This document shows positions 15,501 to 25,908 of a stretch of DNA of 64,000 nucleotides, in pieces. Made by a program: the position numbers and the translations under genes. The stretch spans positions 1-64,000 of the forward strand of contig NMRA01000439.1 of assembly GCA_002633005.1 (NCBI GenBank). Reading direction: 5' to 3'. A model generated the notes under the pieces. It was not told the DNA's origin, did not search any database, and saw only the letters and a list, made by a program, of their open reading frames with translations. The first letter of the stretch is position 1. Each line of letters opens with the position of its first letter. The DNA is from Phoronis australis (lineage: Eukaryota; Animalia; Phoronida).

Positions 15501-18500
15501 TGCAACTTGTACAGCGATCCGGCAACGAGCACGTGCCGCCGTTAGGGCACGTGGTTGATCCGTAACAAACGGCTGCAAAACACGTTTGCAATATTAATAA
15601 CATTCAAAGCAACCCTGTTTTAGCTTAGCTGTTAACAGATGTTAGCGACGACTTGCTCGCCTAAAACGTTAAACATAGTGCTCTATAAGCTACAACACTC
15701 AAGCATTTGGAGCAAGTTTGAATAAGGCGGTAGGGAAAGTCCACCCACCAGAAATCACGGTGTCTCAGTGAGGAGTTGTATTAGTTTGAAAATGCCTTCA
15801 TCGCTGAGACAAGCTATATGAGTTTGTGACAAAACCATCTATTCGATAACTGAAACCTCAGAAACAGGGTTTAATAGCCTTTAAATGAGCACCGTCTGCT
15901 CGATCGGGGAGGTTGTAGTCAAACCGAGGAGAATACAAGCTGTGTTCAATTTCATCTCAGTGCGTTTTAGGCTTGCCCAAAGACGGTATTAGACACTGTC
16001 ACCCCCGCCCCTTCCCATGCGAACGCGATCAAAAGAACGTCGTCAACATGTCTCTTTTAGAGTTCATTTTCCTTCAAAAATTGTCGTTGCCCTACGCCCT
16101 TACAATCTAGCTGTATTACTTAACTAATCGAGGCTTGTTATTCGCGATATTTTCAACGGAACATGACGAGCTAACTGTTTATCTAACTGAACTGGTCCAA
16201 CCAATTGGTGATTAATTTAGCAACTGAGTACTTACAAGAAATAGCTGAAAACTAAAGAATTTTTACTATTTAATGAATATGCAAACATGCAAATACAAAT
16301 AATCACCCGAATACGGTAATAATGTTAAGGTTGATACGGACTGACACTCAATCACGATGCATTCATGCATAGAGTTTGTATTATCTAAATGCATCGTCAG
16401 AGATTATTATCAAAAAGTTGCAGTGAAAGAGTCATTGTCCTTTTTGCGGCTGAAAAACACAAGATTGGAATCATAATAGAATGTGTACACTTTTTGGAGT
16501 TACTGGTACCAGGACCGCAAATCACAAATTCTCAACGCTTTCTGCCAAACATTTGCTGAGACCAAGGCCGTGGTTGTCGCCATTTCAAAACGTTTCAATC
16601 ACTTCGCTCTTCAACGCATGGAAGTAGTTCCGCAGCAGAGTTTTCGGCTGCTACTGCGGAGTTTGTGGGTTCGATTCCGAGCCATTGTTGAAATATTGTA
16701 AATTTACTTTCCTCGACAAGACTTCATACCAGCATCCACTAACTACAAATATGACGCTGAAAGCATCCAAATTGTTTTTCCATATTTATCTACATTTGAG
16801 AGAAGTTTGGGTATCCTTTGCCAAAAGCTTTTGGCTAAAGAATAGCAAAAAAAAAACAAGTGAACAATATCCGCAATATTCAAAATGACAGAACATGCAT
16901 AGAGTAGAGTCTATAGCCTTAATTTGTAAGAATAAGTATTTGTTCCTACCTAAAGTTAAGATCCTTGTGCCATTCGGATTTGACTTTTTAACTTCGAAAT
17001 CAGATTCCCATTTTGATAGAAATTAAGCTACTTTATATAATTTCGCTTAAAATGTCGTGTACACGAGTTCCCTTGACATGTAACTTTTGAAACTCTAGTG
17101 GAAAAATGAAAAGTTTGTTTGAAAAACACTGACGATTTTTTTCAAGTACACTATTTTGTCACATGAAATTCAGCTTGCTATTAGGGATCTGTCGCACCGT
17201 GCTCGTTCTCAGAAATTCCGAGCAAGTCTTAACATCTTACTGAAGCGAGCTGGGACGGACGGAATCGGGCAACTTTGACTCACAACACGTCTCGAATGCG
17301 ACACCGTGCACGCGCGTTCTTAATCACACTGTGCAGCGCTTAGTCGATTCTCACTAGTTTCTACCCTGTTTCTGAGTTCGTATTGAAGACTTGATTTTTT
17401 TGAGAGCGTCCTTGGTGCATCCTCGACTACTCTCTACTTCTTTCCCCGGCAACCGTTGTAACTGTTTAGTATGCAGTGGCGGATTTAGAGGGGGCCAAGG
17501 GAGCCATGCCTCCCCTAAATTTTTCCCAGATTCCATTTGGCAGTTCGGGGTGTAAAATCCTGGCTAATACTCTGCCCTGGCCCCCGTAACTCAAAATCCT
17601 GGATCCGCCCCTGCTATAGAAAAAGGTAACATCACGTCCCGGTAAGCAAGACTATTACCACCTCTTAGGGAGTGAGGCTCTTTTCCACCAGTGACGTATG
17701 TATACTTTACGTGATTGGCAGCGGACCAGGAGCAAAACGTCGACTCTTAGGAGCAGTCATGTACGGGCAGCATTAAAACTTACGAACACAGTGCGATGAC
17801 CCATTGTCCGTGTAGCCGTCACAGCATTTTTTCATTTCTTTACTTCTGTAAGCGACTCTGTATCTCGTCCTGTAAAAATTTTGAAGCAAAAAACTTAATT
17901 ATGCACATCATTCCGTTTAAACCTCATCTTGAAACAAATTTTGTCATAACAGCGTTTCAGTAATAAGGAAATTAAGTCTGACGGCCAAATTTTGAAAGGT
18001 TTCAAAACCCTGTGATCATCTTAAACGCTTTTTATTATTCCTGAATGGTTAGAGTGCTTTTTGTGGTGACGAAATTAAAGTCGCTTCATGGGAATGAAAT
18101 ATGTCCTGGGAGATTGTTTTCATCTTGAACAGAGATTCAAATTAGATTGATCAGATGGACCAGGAAGTCTATTGGCTGGTAATAATTGTTTGAACTGCGA
18201 CTAGGGACAATTCCACCTGGACACCTCTTGCATACTGAGCCCTGGCCAACCAATCACAGTGGCCCACCTTCGTCTTGACGTCATACTCCCAACGAAACAT
18301 TAATTCGAGAATGGAATGGATGCCGATGATGGTATCCCAAAACATCCATAGGTGTGCAAATTCCCGTCTGCGCGAAAAATGACCTGTCCTCTCTGAGTCC
18401 ATGACGTTGACACAGGGAGTGTAAAAAGTAGTGATGGCCGTGGGAGCAAAACAAATGATCCACTCATCACATGCTCCAACCTGTTGCAATAGGTGGCTAC

Positions 18501-21500
18501 GGCATGCACACATTCATGCGCATTAGTGGGCGCATAAAAGTAATGGGGTTTTGTCTTTTTATTTTCATGTCAGTGCTCACAGACTACAGCTAAATAACCA
18601 TTTATGACTAACATCTAATTTCTCACCTGTATCTTGTACATCTGAAGTCCCAATCCAAGCAACTTGTTGTATAACTCGATCTGTACGATTGTGAGTATGA
18701 TTCTTGAACGTAGTAGGTGCATACGCTGTTTGGGACGCCGCTCAAACTGTAAAATCACATCAAATTGCAACATTTTAATGCTGGCTAAACCAAATGTTGG
18801 TTTGTGTGTGGCTGATAGATGACAGCTTTTATGCTTTCGGGCATAGTCCAAATAACTGCCTGTGACTTGTCAAAACACCTTACTGAGACCGCTAAGTTGA
18901 CAACTCTCACGGCATCCACTAGGTGCTTTCGTGAAGTAGATGGTAATACTCATATCTTTCAAGGAAAGTGATAATGAGTGCTCAGTTGTCAGTGTTATAA
19001 CATGATACAGCTTGTGTAGGGGAAATTGTCAAACCAAGGGTCGAGTGCATTTTTAATGTTAAGCGTCTTAAGTTTTAAGAAAATCACAAAAGAAGGGTGA
19101 AACAAACGTGAAAAAACGTGTTAGAAAACCCACTTTTTAAGCCTTCATCTTGAATATTTATGTAAAAAATTTGGTCGTGTTCTTGATATTGTCGCTTTTC
19201 TTTTGTTTGGCCTAATTGTGACTAAAAGAACGTGGTCCAATCAACTGTTAATTGGTACATAGTCCCTAATTTTACCCAGAAGTCTCTTTTTTTCTATTGC
19301 CGTACGTTAGCAACTATACCTTTTGACGATGCGTCCCTTATGTTCGATGACGAAATCGACGATTGCTTAGAAACATAGGTCTAACAATACACTAAAATCA
19401 AGGGAAAAAGGGGGACTCCGGACCCCATGACCCCCGTGGATCCGCCTATGCGTAGTTCACTACTTGCTGGATTGTGTCCTGCGGATTTCTCAGAATACGA
19501 GTGGTCGAGCAGGGCGTCATCGTCGTAAGCACAACGGATTTGACTAAAGACAGCATCTTCTGATTCTTCTGAGTTCCATCTCCACTGTTCTCCGATATAA
19601 TGTTGCCAGGAAGGGTTCTTGCCCCCCCCCCTTCGGCCGCGGAACATAAACACTAAAATGACAAGGAAATAAATTTGGGCATTTATCATGTTACATCTAA
19701 TCGGGAGCATGGTCTTTAATGTGTGTGTGTTGGGCACAGAAATTACAGTTTTCCTCATGAGAAAAGCTTATAGATGTTTTTCATAACTGTCACCACTGAT
19801 TCTACTAGTGTATGCCATTGTATACCCACGTGATCAAGGTTTGATTGAAGCACTTCAATAGCTTTTTTGTTGGGTTTACCGAGCTCGACACAGTGGGGTG
19901 CCTTTGATACTTTAAACCTGGTTTTACTGAACCAGCTCCCTGGTCTAGCAAAACCAAGTTTTCAGACTGTTAAACCATGCTGGTGAAATGCGAGTCACGT
20001 CTAAAATTAGACCAAGTTTAGGAAGACCAGGTGTGCGTTCAGTAGACGCTAGGACCTAAGCTAGGACCTAGCTAAAACCTAGTCAAAGTCATTTAGAATG
20101 CATGGCAATATCCCACTTAATCTCGCGAAGTCTTGCTTTTTAGCGAGGTCCTAGCTTTACTGAACAGGAGGCAGGTTACCGCCCGCATTGACGGATAGTC
20201 GGCAACCTCCACTCGCCATATCGACATATATTTTGAGACGCCAGGAGTCCTTTTTATCTGGGCAGTCATAAATATGATGATAGATTCAGAAATGTTAAGA
20301 CTAACTTTTAAAGTATTTCTCTTCTGATTTTTTTCACTCTCGATTCAAATGAGTTTGGTATTACATGTACTTTGCTTAGGTCGTATAGATTGAGACGGCG
20401 AAAACAAATAATATCCGAGCGACATTTTTCCTCAGTGAATATCACAATGGCATTTCACCGCCGACCAGTATTGGTTTTATTGTTGTTGCTTTATTCAAAG
20501 TTTGTTTTCCAGACACAAATAGGAGTTGCTCTTAACGCTTGGCATCACTTAGTTAGGTTTAGTATTAACAAAGCGAATAAACTTCTTGAACCCGGACCTT
20601 AGTTACGTCGTGGGATAACGATTGTTTTGTGACCATTTTTGATGGCCGGAATTTTTTATTTTGATTTATTCTAAACAGCGAAAAGTTTATTTAAAAATTT
20701 CCACATTTTATTTGTCTTATTCTGCAAACTCGACATGGAATACAACACATTTAAAAACAATGAAATTTTAAAAACAATGAAATTTAAATAAATGTCCATA
20801 AAGTGACTCCTGAAAATAATAGAGGTTACGGTTGCAGAAAGTCAAAGAAAATAAGTTTTTCAGTTTTTCATACTAAAATGAAAATTTATTACAAATATCT
20901 AAATAAATGAACGTCAGTTTATAACCCTTCCGTCAAAACATGTCTAGTTTTGCGCATGGTCTCGTGTTCATCGGATTGAGGTCACTCTAATTCAGCTGTA
21001 ACGAAAACTGAATTTTGTAAAAACTGGCATCTTACAGTCAATCTAGTTGCTTACAAGCGTGGTTGTGCCGTGTGTTCACATGAAAAATGATACTTTGCCC
21101 ATATATTAATTGAAATCAAATTATTTGAAAAAAAAAATAAAAAATCAATTTTGTGTAAATTAAATTTATAAATATTACAATTTTTTGTTTTACATTATGA
21201 TTTAGTGAAATGTTTGTGAAGTATAACACGCTAATTTTTTATGATAACTTTTAAGAAAATTTTGTCAGGCAAGTCGATGTAAGTTGAGTGAGTGTTGACA
21301 GATGTACGTGACGGGCGTACGCTCTGAATTTCTCGTTTTAAAACTGTTTGTTGTGGCTAAGATAGCAATTCGGAGTAATTCAAACTACAGCATTTAAGCT
21401 ATACTGCTCTTGCAAATGATTCAAAATTAAATTAGACTGCAATGAAACATGCATTTTTAATCAATATACACCGATTGGACTTCTGTCTGAAAACCACACC

Positions 21501-23161
21501 TCCAGCAAGACTGTGCTGAGTAGGCACACTAGGATGTTCACTTTTCAACACATTTGATTAACTTCCTGAGATCTGCACATCTTTTAGAAGATGATAATCA
21601 ATACGCATAAGGGTGAGAGTGAAAACCAATTTTCAAATTTTATCCGTCTGAAAACCTTGTCTTCAAATTTTGTTTGAGTAGTGAAGAGTTATGCGAGTCG
21701 AATCACAGACCACAGACAACAGATATGCAACACCAATATTTTTGCCTAATTCCCAGGTTTGGTGATGCCCGGGACTCTCCTGTCTCTTCTCAAATACATG
21801 GACCCTAGTACTAAGAAAAATAAAAAAGGTGAAATTAAATACGCAAAACGTACCAAAGTGGTGCAGGCGACGTAATATCCCACAAGACATAATTCCCTGT
21901 AATGTCGAGTGGGATATTACTTTACACCACTGGAGGTACGTTTTGTGTTTATCCTATAAGCTTCGAATTTCTGAGTTTCTTTCATTTTTAAAATTTTTAA
22001 TACTTTACCCAGGCTGTTCACTTGGCGGATCACATCGATCCTATATGTATGTACTCAGTTGCGCGTTAGGTTACAAGTTCTTTGTAGTGAAAGAAACACT
22101 GTTAAATGTAAAAGGGGTACCAAAGATGAAATCAACGGTAATTGTACCTTGAGCTTGTAACATTGAAATGACGTTATAAACGAAACATTATCCGGCAGAG
22201 ATACACCAAGGCATTTGTCCTAAAGTTAACATAAATTTTTTCACCAGTACATAACGCATGCTGACTTTGACTGGTCGTTGTTTGTCATCCACAAGACAGT
22301 GATTGACGCTTGTCAACTCGCTGCAAAATCTGTTTCATGAAGAGTGACTTAGACTTAAGACAGAAATTTGATCTTACGCTCCACATAACTATTTCTGAAT
22401 AAATAATTTTAAAAAACTCACTTTATCAAGCGAATAAAGTGTCTTGGAATATACTAATTATTGTTACTTTTGAGAAAATTTCCACAAATTGTTTCCAGGC
22501 AGTTATGGGCTAATCTTGCATGACTAACCCTTTATTTGGCAATTGTGAAGTGGGAATATACATAATATCAAACATCAGTCTTAAGTCTTAAGTCGCTTTT
22601 CATGGGTGCTTCCAATTGCCTGACATTTTTAAGCAGTTGTCAGTTTGTTTATGAATATGTTCTGTGCACGTCAGACATTAATTGCCTCACTAACGAAAGA
22701 TGCCCATAATCAGTTTTCCTGAATTTTATTTGCGGGGTGCAATAATTTTGAGCCTATTGGCCTTGGAAGTAGAAAATACTATTTTTCTAACACTTATCAA
22801 GGTGGTAATTTTACCTGCACCGATTAAATCACTTAATCGTACTCATTAAGTGTACCAGATTATTTCTAATGGCTGTGAACAATTTTTTATTGGTGTGACT
22901 AACAAGATATTGTGCATCAGAGTAAAAGAACATTCTAAGGATAACCATTGTGCTGTCCTAAATCATTCATTAGAGACTAGTCGTGATATTGTTTAGCTTA
23001 CTCTGGTGTGAGTGTCCTTCACTCACACAAGTACTTGAGGTAATAGCTTATAATCTCAATTTTAGGTTAAACAAACACTAAAAAAATCATATGATTCGGA
23101 CGTACCTTAAGGCGATGCTCGCTTGCAATAGAAGAAGCAGTCCTTTAACACACCAACCCAT
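284..23161 (-). CDS. Multi-exon gene for a large secreted protein: signal peptide + EMI domain + EGF-like/Cys-rich modules + Fn3/Ig-like repeats; 3' end lies outside the window
   Basis: Exons (minus): 23161-23106, 18746-18627, 17869-17784, 15572-15471, 14824-14675, 13373-13260, 10066-9806, 6813-6660, 6377-5771, 5515-5371, 3930-3767, 2924-2640, 2331-1997, 930-284. All introns are GT..AG with compatible phases, giving one open frame: MGWCVKGLLLLLQASIALSLSGVPNSVCTYYVQESYSQSYRSSYTTSCLDWDFRCTRYRTRYRVAYRSKEMKKCCDGYTDNGSSHCVPVCYGSTTCPNGGTC... Confidence 0.88.
1020..1800 (+). repeat. Older, degraded copy of the same tandem-monomer family inside intron 931-1996
   Basis: Shares tatcataaaaat, ccaaatttcatgaaaatc, cacagtagtcg and ccacaagagggcacattagc with 6860-7200. 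Confidence 0.55.
1997..2331 (-). CDS. Internal exon (ELCPVGGAPCYCPSIGPC...WLGFADYESGIRYY)
   Basis: 335 nt; phase 0-2; W-x-GF-x-D-x-ESGI motif. Confidence 0.88.
2640..2924 (-). CDS. Internal exon (VWIRATDIMGN...AWDTHSGVRRVYYRLG...HLGTG)
   Basis: 285 nt; phase 0-0; A-x-D-x-x-SG repeat motif. Confidence 0.88.
3385..3508. repeat. (CATAGA)n / (CA)n microsatellite
   Basis: Directly visible. Confidence 0.95.
3767..3930 (-). CDS. Internal exon (GILDFEYHIEELT...PEDGDTHK)
   Basis: 164 nt; phase 1-0. Confidence 0.82.
5371..5515 (-). CDS. Internal exon (LSWTNYFYNDYHRQHG...GGTDNVE)
   Basis: 145 nt; phase 0-1; continues into GILDFEY of the next exon. Confidence 0.82.
5771..6377 (-). CDS. Large internal exon, Ig/Fn3-like module (LCADYKVVSGGY...WQDIGTNPSGL...NLGSVK)
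   Basis: 607 nt open frame (ORF 5669..6358); GT/AG sites; phase 2-0. Confidence 0.9.
6660..6813 (-). CDS. Internal exon (SNVDIVTYNMPGDGSCNPSGPYGDG...FVDGD)
   Basis: 154 nt; phase 1-2; joins the flanking exons in frame. Confidence 0.8.
6860..9398 (+). mobile_element. pearl/HINE (non-autonomous Helentron)-like element with an internal ~144-bp tandem array, (GGAC)n tract and terminal hairpin
   Basis: Diverged monomers with a ccactagRNGGCRC core at 7853, 7992, 8151, 8295, 8440, 8601, 8730, 8877, 9009, 9149; (GGAC)n at ~9273-9348; hairpin gtgccca...tgggcac followed by ttaataat. Confidence 0.72.
9273..9348. repeat. (GGAC)n tetranucleotide tract
   Basis: Directly visible. Confidence 0.95.
9552..9690 (+). 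mobile_element. Copy of the ~165-bp MITE (diverged)
   Basis: gttcagtaacgctagaacct...aggtccaagcgttactgaac. Confidence 0.78.
9806..10066 (-). CDS. Internal exon (TIKPKIDLCKFTV...YVRDFKYGITKSSVKLYKVPS)
   Basis: 261 nt; TTTTTCAG acceptor, GTAAG donor; overlaps ORF 9762..10127. Confidence 0.83.
10787..10840. repeat. Perfect 25-bp-arm hairpin
   Basis: tttgacgttgtcatccgattgaatc-gtat-gattcaatcggatgacaacgtcaaa. Confidence 0.9.
11470..12150 (+). mobile_element. Interspersed palindrome-centred repeat (copies also at ~21830-22160 and, inverted, at ~33745-34500)
   Basis: Shared aaacgtaccgagagtgg, ttgcgcgttagg, accaaagatgaaa, accgaggaatcggc, gtcgagtcgacatt segments. Confidence 0.75.
13260..13373 (-). 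CDS. EGF-like exon (RCSWLQNFCFPGACSDGYPSSCSCAQGFTSIGNAKCD)
   Basis: CxCxxGF EGF motif; 114 nt; phase 1-1. Confidence 0.87.
14675..14824 (-). CDS. Cys-rich exon (CPVADINNCAHMTCDEGPANKKCIECDLQY...TFCD)
   Basis: 150 nt; phase 1-1; GT/AG sites. Confidence 0.85.
15471..15572 (-). CDS. EGF-like exon (PVCYGSTTCPNGGTCSLPDRCTSCNSEFYSPKCD)
   Basis: Six-Cys EGF-like pattern; phase 1-1; 102 nt; GT/AG sites. Confidence 0.88.
17474..17613. mobile_element. Short hAT-like MITE
   Basis: cagtggcggatttag ... ctggatccgcccctg termini; related ends at ~19440 and ~49968. Confidence 0.6.
17784..17869 (-). CDS. EMI domain, C-terminal half (TRYRVAYRSKEMKKCCDGYTDNGSSHCV)
   Basis: YRVAYR...CCxGY hallmark of EMI domains; TTTTTACAG acceptor, GTAAGT donor. 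Confidence 0.88.
18627..18746 (-). CDS. EMI domain, N-terminal half (PNSVCTYYVQESYSQSYRSSYTTSCLDWDFRCTRYR)
   Basis: TTTTACAG acceptor, GTGAGA donor, 120 nt, phase 2-2; Cys spacing resembles the EMI domain of CED-1/Draper/MEGF10; this frame is absent from the ORF track. Confidence 0.85.
20027..20178 (-). mobile_element. Copy of the ~165-bp MITE (inverted)
   Basis: Reverse complement of 62529-62691 with substitutions. Confidence 0.8.
22330..22604. mobile_element. Short TIR element
   Basis: catgaagagtgacttagacttaagac / gtcttaagtcttaagtcgcttttcatg. Confidence 0.6.
23106..23161 (-). CDS. Exon 1 of EMI/EGF/Fn3-like gene: signal peptide MGWCVKGLLLLLQASIAL
   Basis: ATG in GTCATGG context just after an acceptor-like TTTCCATCACTGTAG; hydrophobic core; phase-2 donor AG|GTACG matches the next exon. 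Confidence 0.75.
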
Positions 23162-23388
23162 GACGATGATCTACAGTGATGGAAATACTAGTAGCAAAAA
23201 GTAAATGTAGTCGCCACTCAATCACACAATTGAATAATATTCCTTTTTGTGTCTTGTGCCGTGCCCCAATCGAGCGTTCAGCCTTTAAATGACAATGGAC
23301 GCTAAGAGTAACTATTGTGTGGTTTTCGCTGAATCAACACATTGTGCGCTATTTGCTTAATTAAAGCATCCGTGCCCGAAACCTGTTA

Positions 23389-24410
23389 AGGTCCTTTCAT
23401 ACTAACGTCGACATCTCGATGTTTTGGGGAGTTGCGGTCAGTATGAATGGTCAACTTCGGTCCGGGATCGAAGTTCACAGCGCCAGGTAAATTCGCAGTA
23501 AACTGGTGGGTTTAACAGCATAGCGTCGACGCTGTGATGAAGTATATGCAACATAATATAAGCAATCATTTGGTAATTGACATAAAACTTATTGTTTTAA
23601 TTTGATTGGTGATTATTCGAGCAAAATATAAGCAACTATTAGCAACGACATTGCCCTTTAATTGTTGACAGTGACACCTGGCGATAACTTCGATGGGACC
23701 GAAGTTGACCGTTCATACTGTACTGCAACGTCGACACCCGCTGTTGAATCCACCTGTTTACTGCGAAGTTTCCTGGAGCTGTTAATTTCGATTCAGGGCC
23801 GAAGTTAATCGTTCATACTGACCGCAACGCTTCAAGACATTGACCCGTCGACGTTAGTATGATATGATGGGCCGTTGGGGGGAAAGTGTCGCCGGAAAAA
23901 TACGAGCGTAATTATGTACATTACGCCGGTACGCCGTTAATTACGCCGTAAAATTACGAGCGTAATTTAATTCTTTACGGCGTAAAATTACGCTCGTAAT
24001 TTACTAATAGTTTAAACTCTTAGCCAATGACGCTGGGTTTTACAATTCACGGTCGCGCGTGCTCATGGAAATACTTAGTTTACTGACGGGTTACATGTCT
24101 ACGACACGAGCGCTGAATCATGGCGGATCAAATCGCTGCTGCAATGTCAAGAACGAGCTGCCTAGCAACAGTCGTGTATGTTTGGTCAACACTGGTTGGT
24201 TTAAATTTGGAACGTTCTCAAGGTATTTTACGAGCGTAATTTACGGCGACATTTCCCCCATTTAATTTACGAGAGTAATTTTACGTCGAAACTTTTCCCC
24301 ATTTAATTTGTACGGCGACACTCCTGCAATTTAATTTACGCTTGTAATTACGAGCGTAATTTTACGGCGACACTTTCCCCTCAACCGCCCACCATAGTAT
24401 GAAAGGGCCT
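23389..24410. mobile_element. Foldback MITE (TIR aggtcctttcatacta / tagtatgaaagggcct) interrupted by a nested element
   Basis: Long inverted arms 23431-23475 vs 23785-23828; right TIR split by the insertion. Confidence 0.75.
23863..24396. mobile_element. Nested TIR element with gtatga target-site duplication and many ttacgagcgtaa sub-repeats
   Basis: tatgatgggccgttggggggaaagtgtcgccg ... cggcgacactttcccctcaaccgcccaccata; gtatga at 23857-23862 and 24397-24402. Confidence 0.8.
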
Positions 24411-25279
24411 TCATGGTTTTTGTACTGCTAGGATTTGCTCCACTGAGGTGAACGCTCTGACCTAAATATAGCTACGCTAAAGACGTAATTTGACACCATA
24501 ACAACTGGATGTCGACACAAAGAATGGCACTGTATCAGTGTATGAACCAGTTGCATGGGGCAATTTACCGTGCAGCGCGGTTAATTTAGAGAAGCAGGCA
24601 CGTTATACTAAGTCATAAAAGCTTTGAACACCCTTGAAACTGCGTAAAAGCAGTTGAAACACATTCTATGACACTAAATTAGAACTCGAACTAGTGGTCC
24701 GAGATGAGAACTTTTCGTAAGTAATAGATCGATCAAATGCATGTATATCATTTTTCTTTTAAGAAGAGAATATTGCATGAATTGGGAAACGTATTCGTTT
24801 CCTGATGAGATTGCGCCCTCTATGGTCTAAACATTCTGACAATTACGATATGAAATAGATGATACCAGTATTTCGGAACTTATATACCAGATCTGACAGT
24901 TTATCGTTGTATAACGTACAGATGCTCGAGTTGTCAAGTCGAATAAAATCAGGGCTTGGAACTTTCCTCTTTTAAGAGGATTTCTTTTTTTTTTGTTTGA
25001 ATTTCGTCTTATTTGATTTCCACTTTCCTCTTTTTTGTCTCCTTTTTACCTATATTTTCACTCCATTGAATTTTACAACACAAAAATATGTCTATCACAC
25101 AAACCCATTTATTTGTGGAATGATAGGCCACCTGGAAAATTTTCCTCTTTTTGTCATTGGTCATTTCAGGCCCTGTAAAATCTGCAGGTAGTATCATTAG
25201 ACGGTAAAACAACCTTTAAACAGAGCCGAGTATTGGCTAGTATCGATCATGCTGCAACTAAAAGTGTGTAATAATGTTT

Positions 25280-25908
25280 TTTACAATTTTGATAACTCAG
25301 CACCCTTAACTCAATTCTCCCTTCCCCGCGATAACGAAATAGCATTGTACAGATCAAGATGTGGTTTTTTTCCTCAATTGTGACAAGTTTAGGCATAACT
25401 TTAGTAATGTTTCTCCAAACTGTAAATGTGGTGACCATCAATCTTATCCTCATATTTTCTTCAAATGTCCCCTCATCGAATACCTGAGAGACTCACTCTT
25501 TCGTGCACTCAATGAAAACCAATCAATTGTTAATGTTCCCAATTCTTGTAATAATATCCCTACTAAAGTTACATTATTATTCAATGGTAGTCCTAACTTT
25601 GACGTTGTTCTCAATGAATTCCTCCTAAGCAACGTTAGCAAATTTTTATGTCACTTTTATCAATATTGCTGCTTCTGATTTCCATACAGGAATCTGTACA
25701 TGTTTTTTGTTTTTATATATTCGCTATAGCATATCTAAATATTGGGATACTTATATTAGATACTACTTAAATGTATATACCTCTATGTATATTAGTTTCA
25801 TTTATGAATTGTTTACAACCCAGACAGATGCTTCGCGATTTCTGGGTTTGTCATCATTTCTTTGTATGTCTTGTGTATTCTTCAATAAATATATATCACT
25901 TTAAAAAA
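25280..25908 (+). mobile_element. 5'-truncated non-LTR retrotransposon (CR1/L2-group-like ORF2 C-terminus, 3' stem-loop, AATAAA, short A tail)
   Basis: LYRSRCG(frameshift)LNCDKFRHNFSNVSPNCKCGDHQSYPHIFFKCP CCHC-type tail; cccaga...tctggg stem-loop at ~25818-25847; flanking direct repeat. Confidence 0.75.

Noticed and set aside
18169-18513. 114-aa intronic ORF with a faint Tc1-like RINVxxG...GGPL stretch in another frame
   Set aside because: That frame is interrupted by stops and the similarity is too weak to call
23002-23033. Possible micro-exon STCVSEGHSHQ after the signal-peptide exon
   Set aside because: It would be phase 2-1 and break the frame; exon 1 already joins the 18746 exon directly
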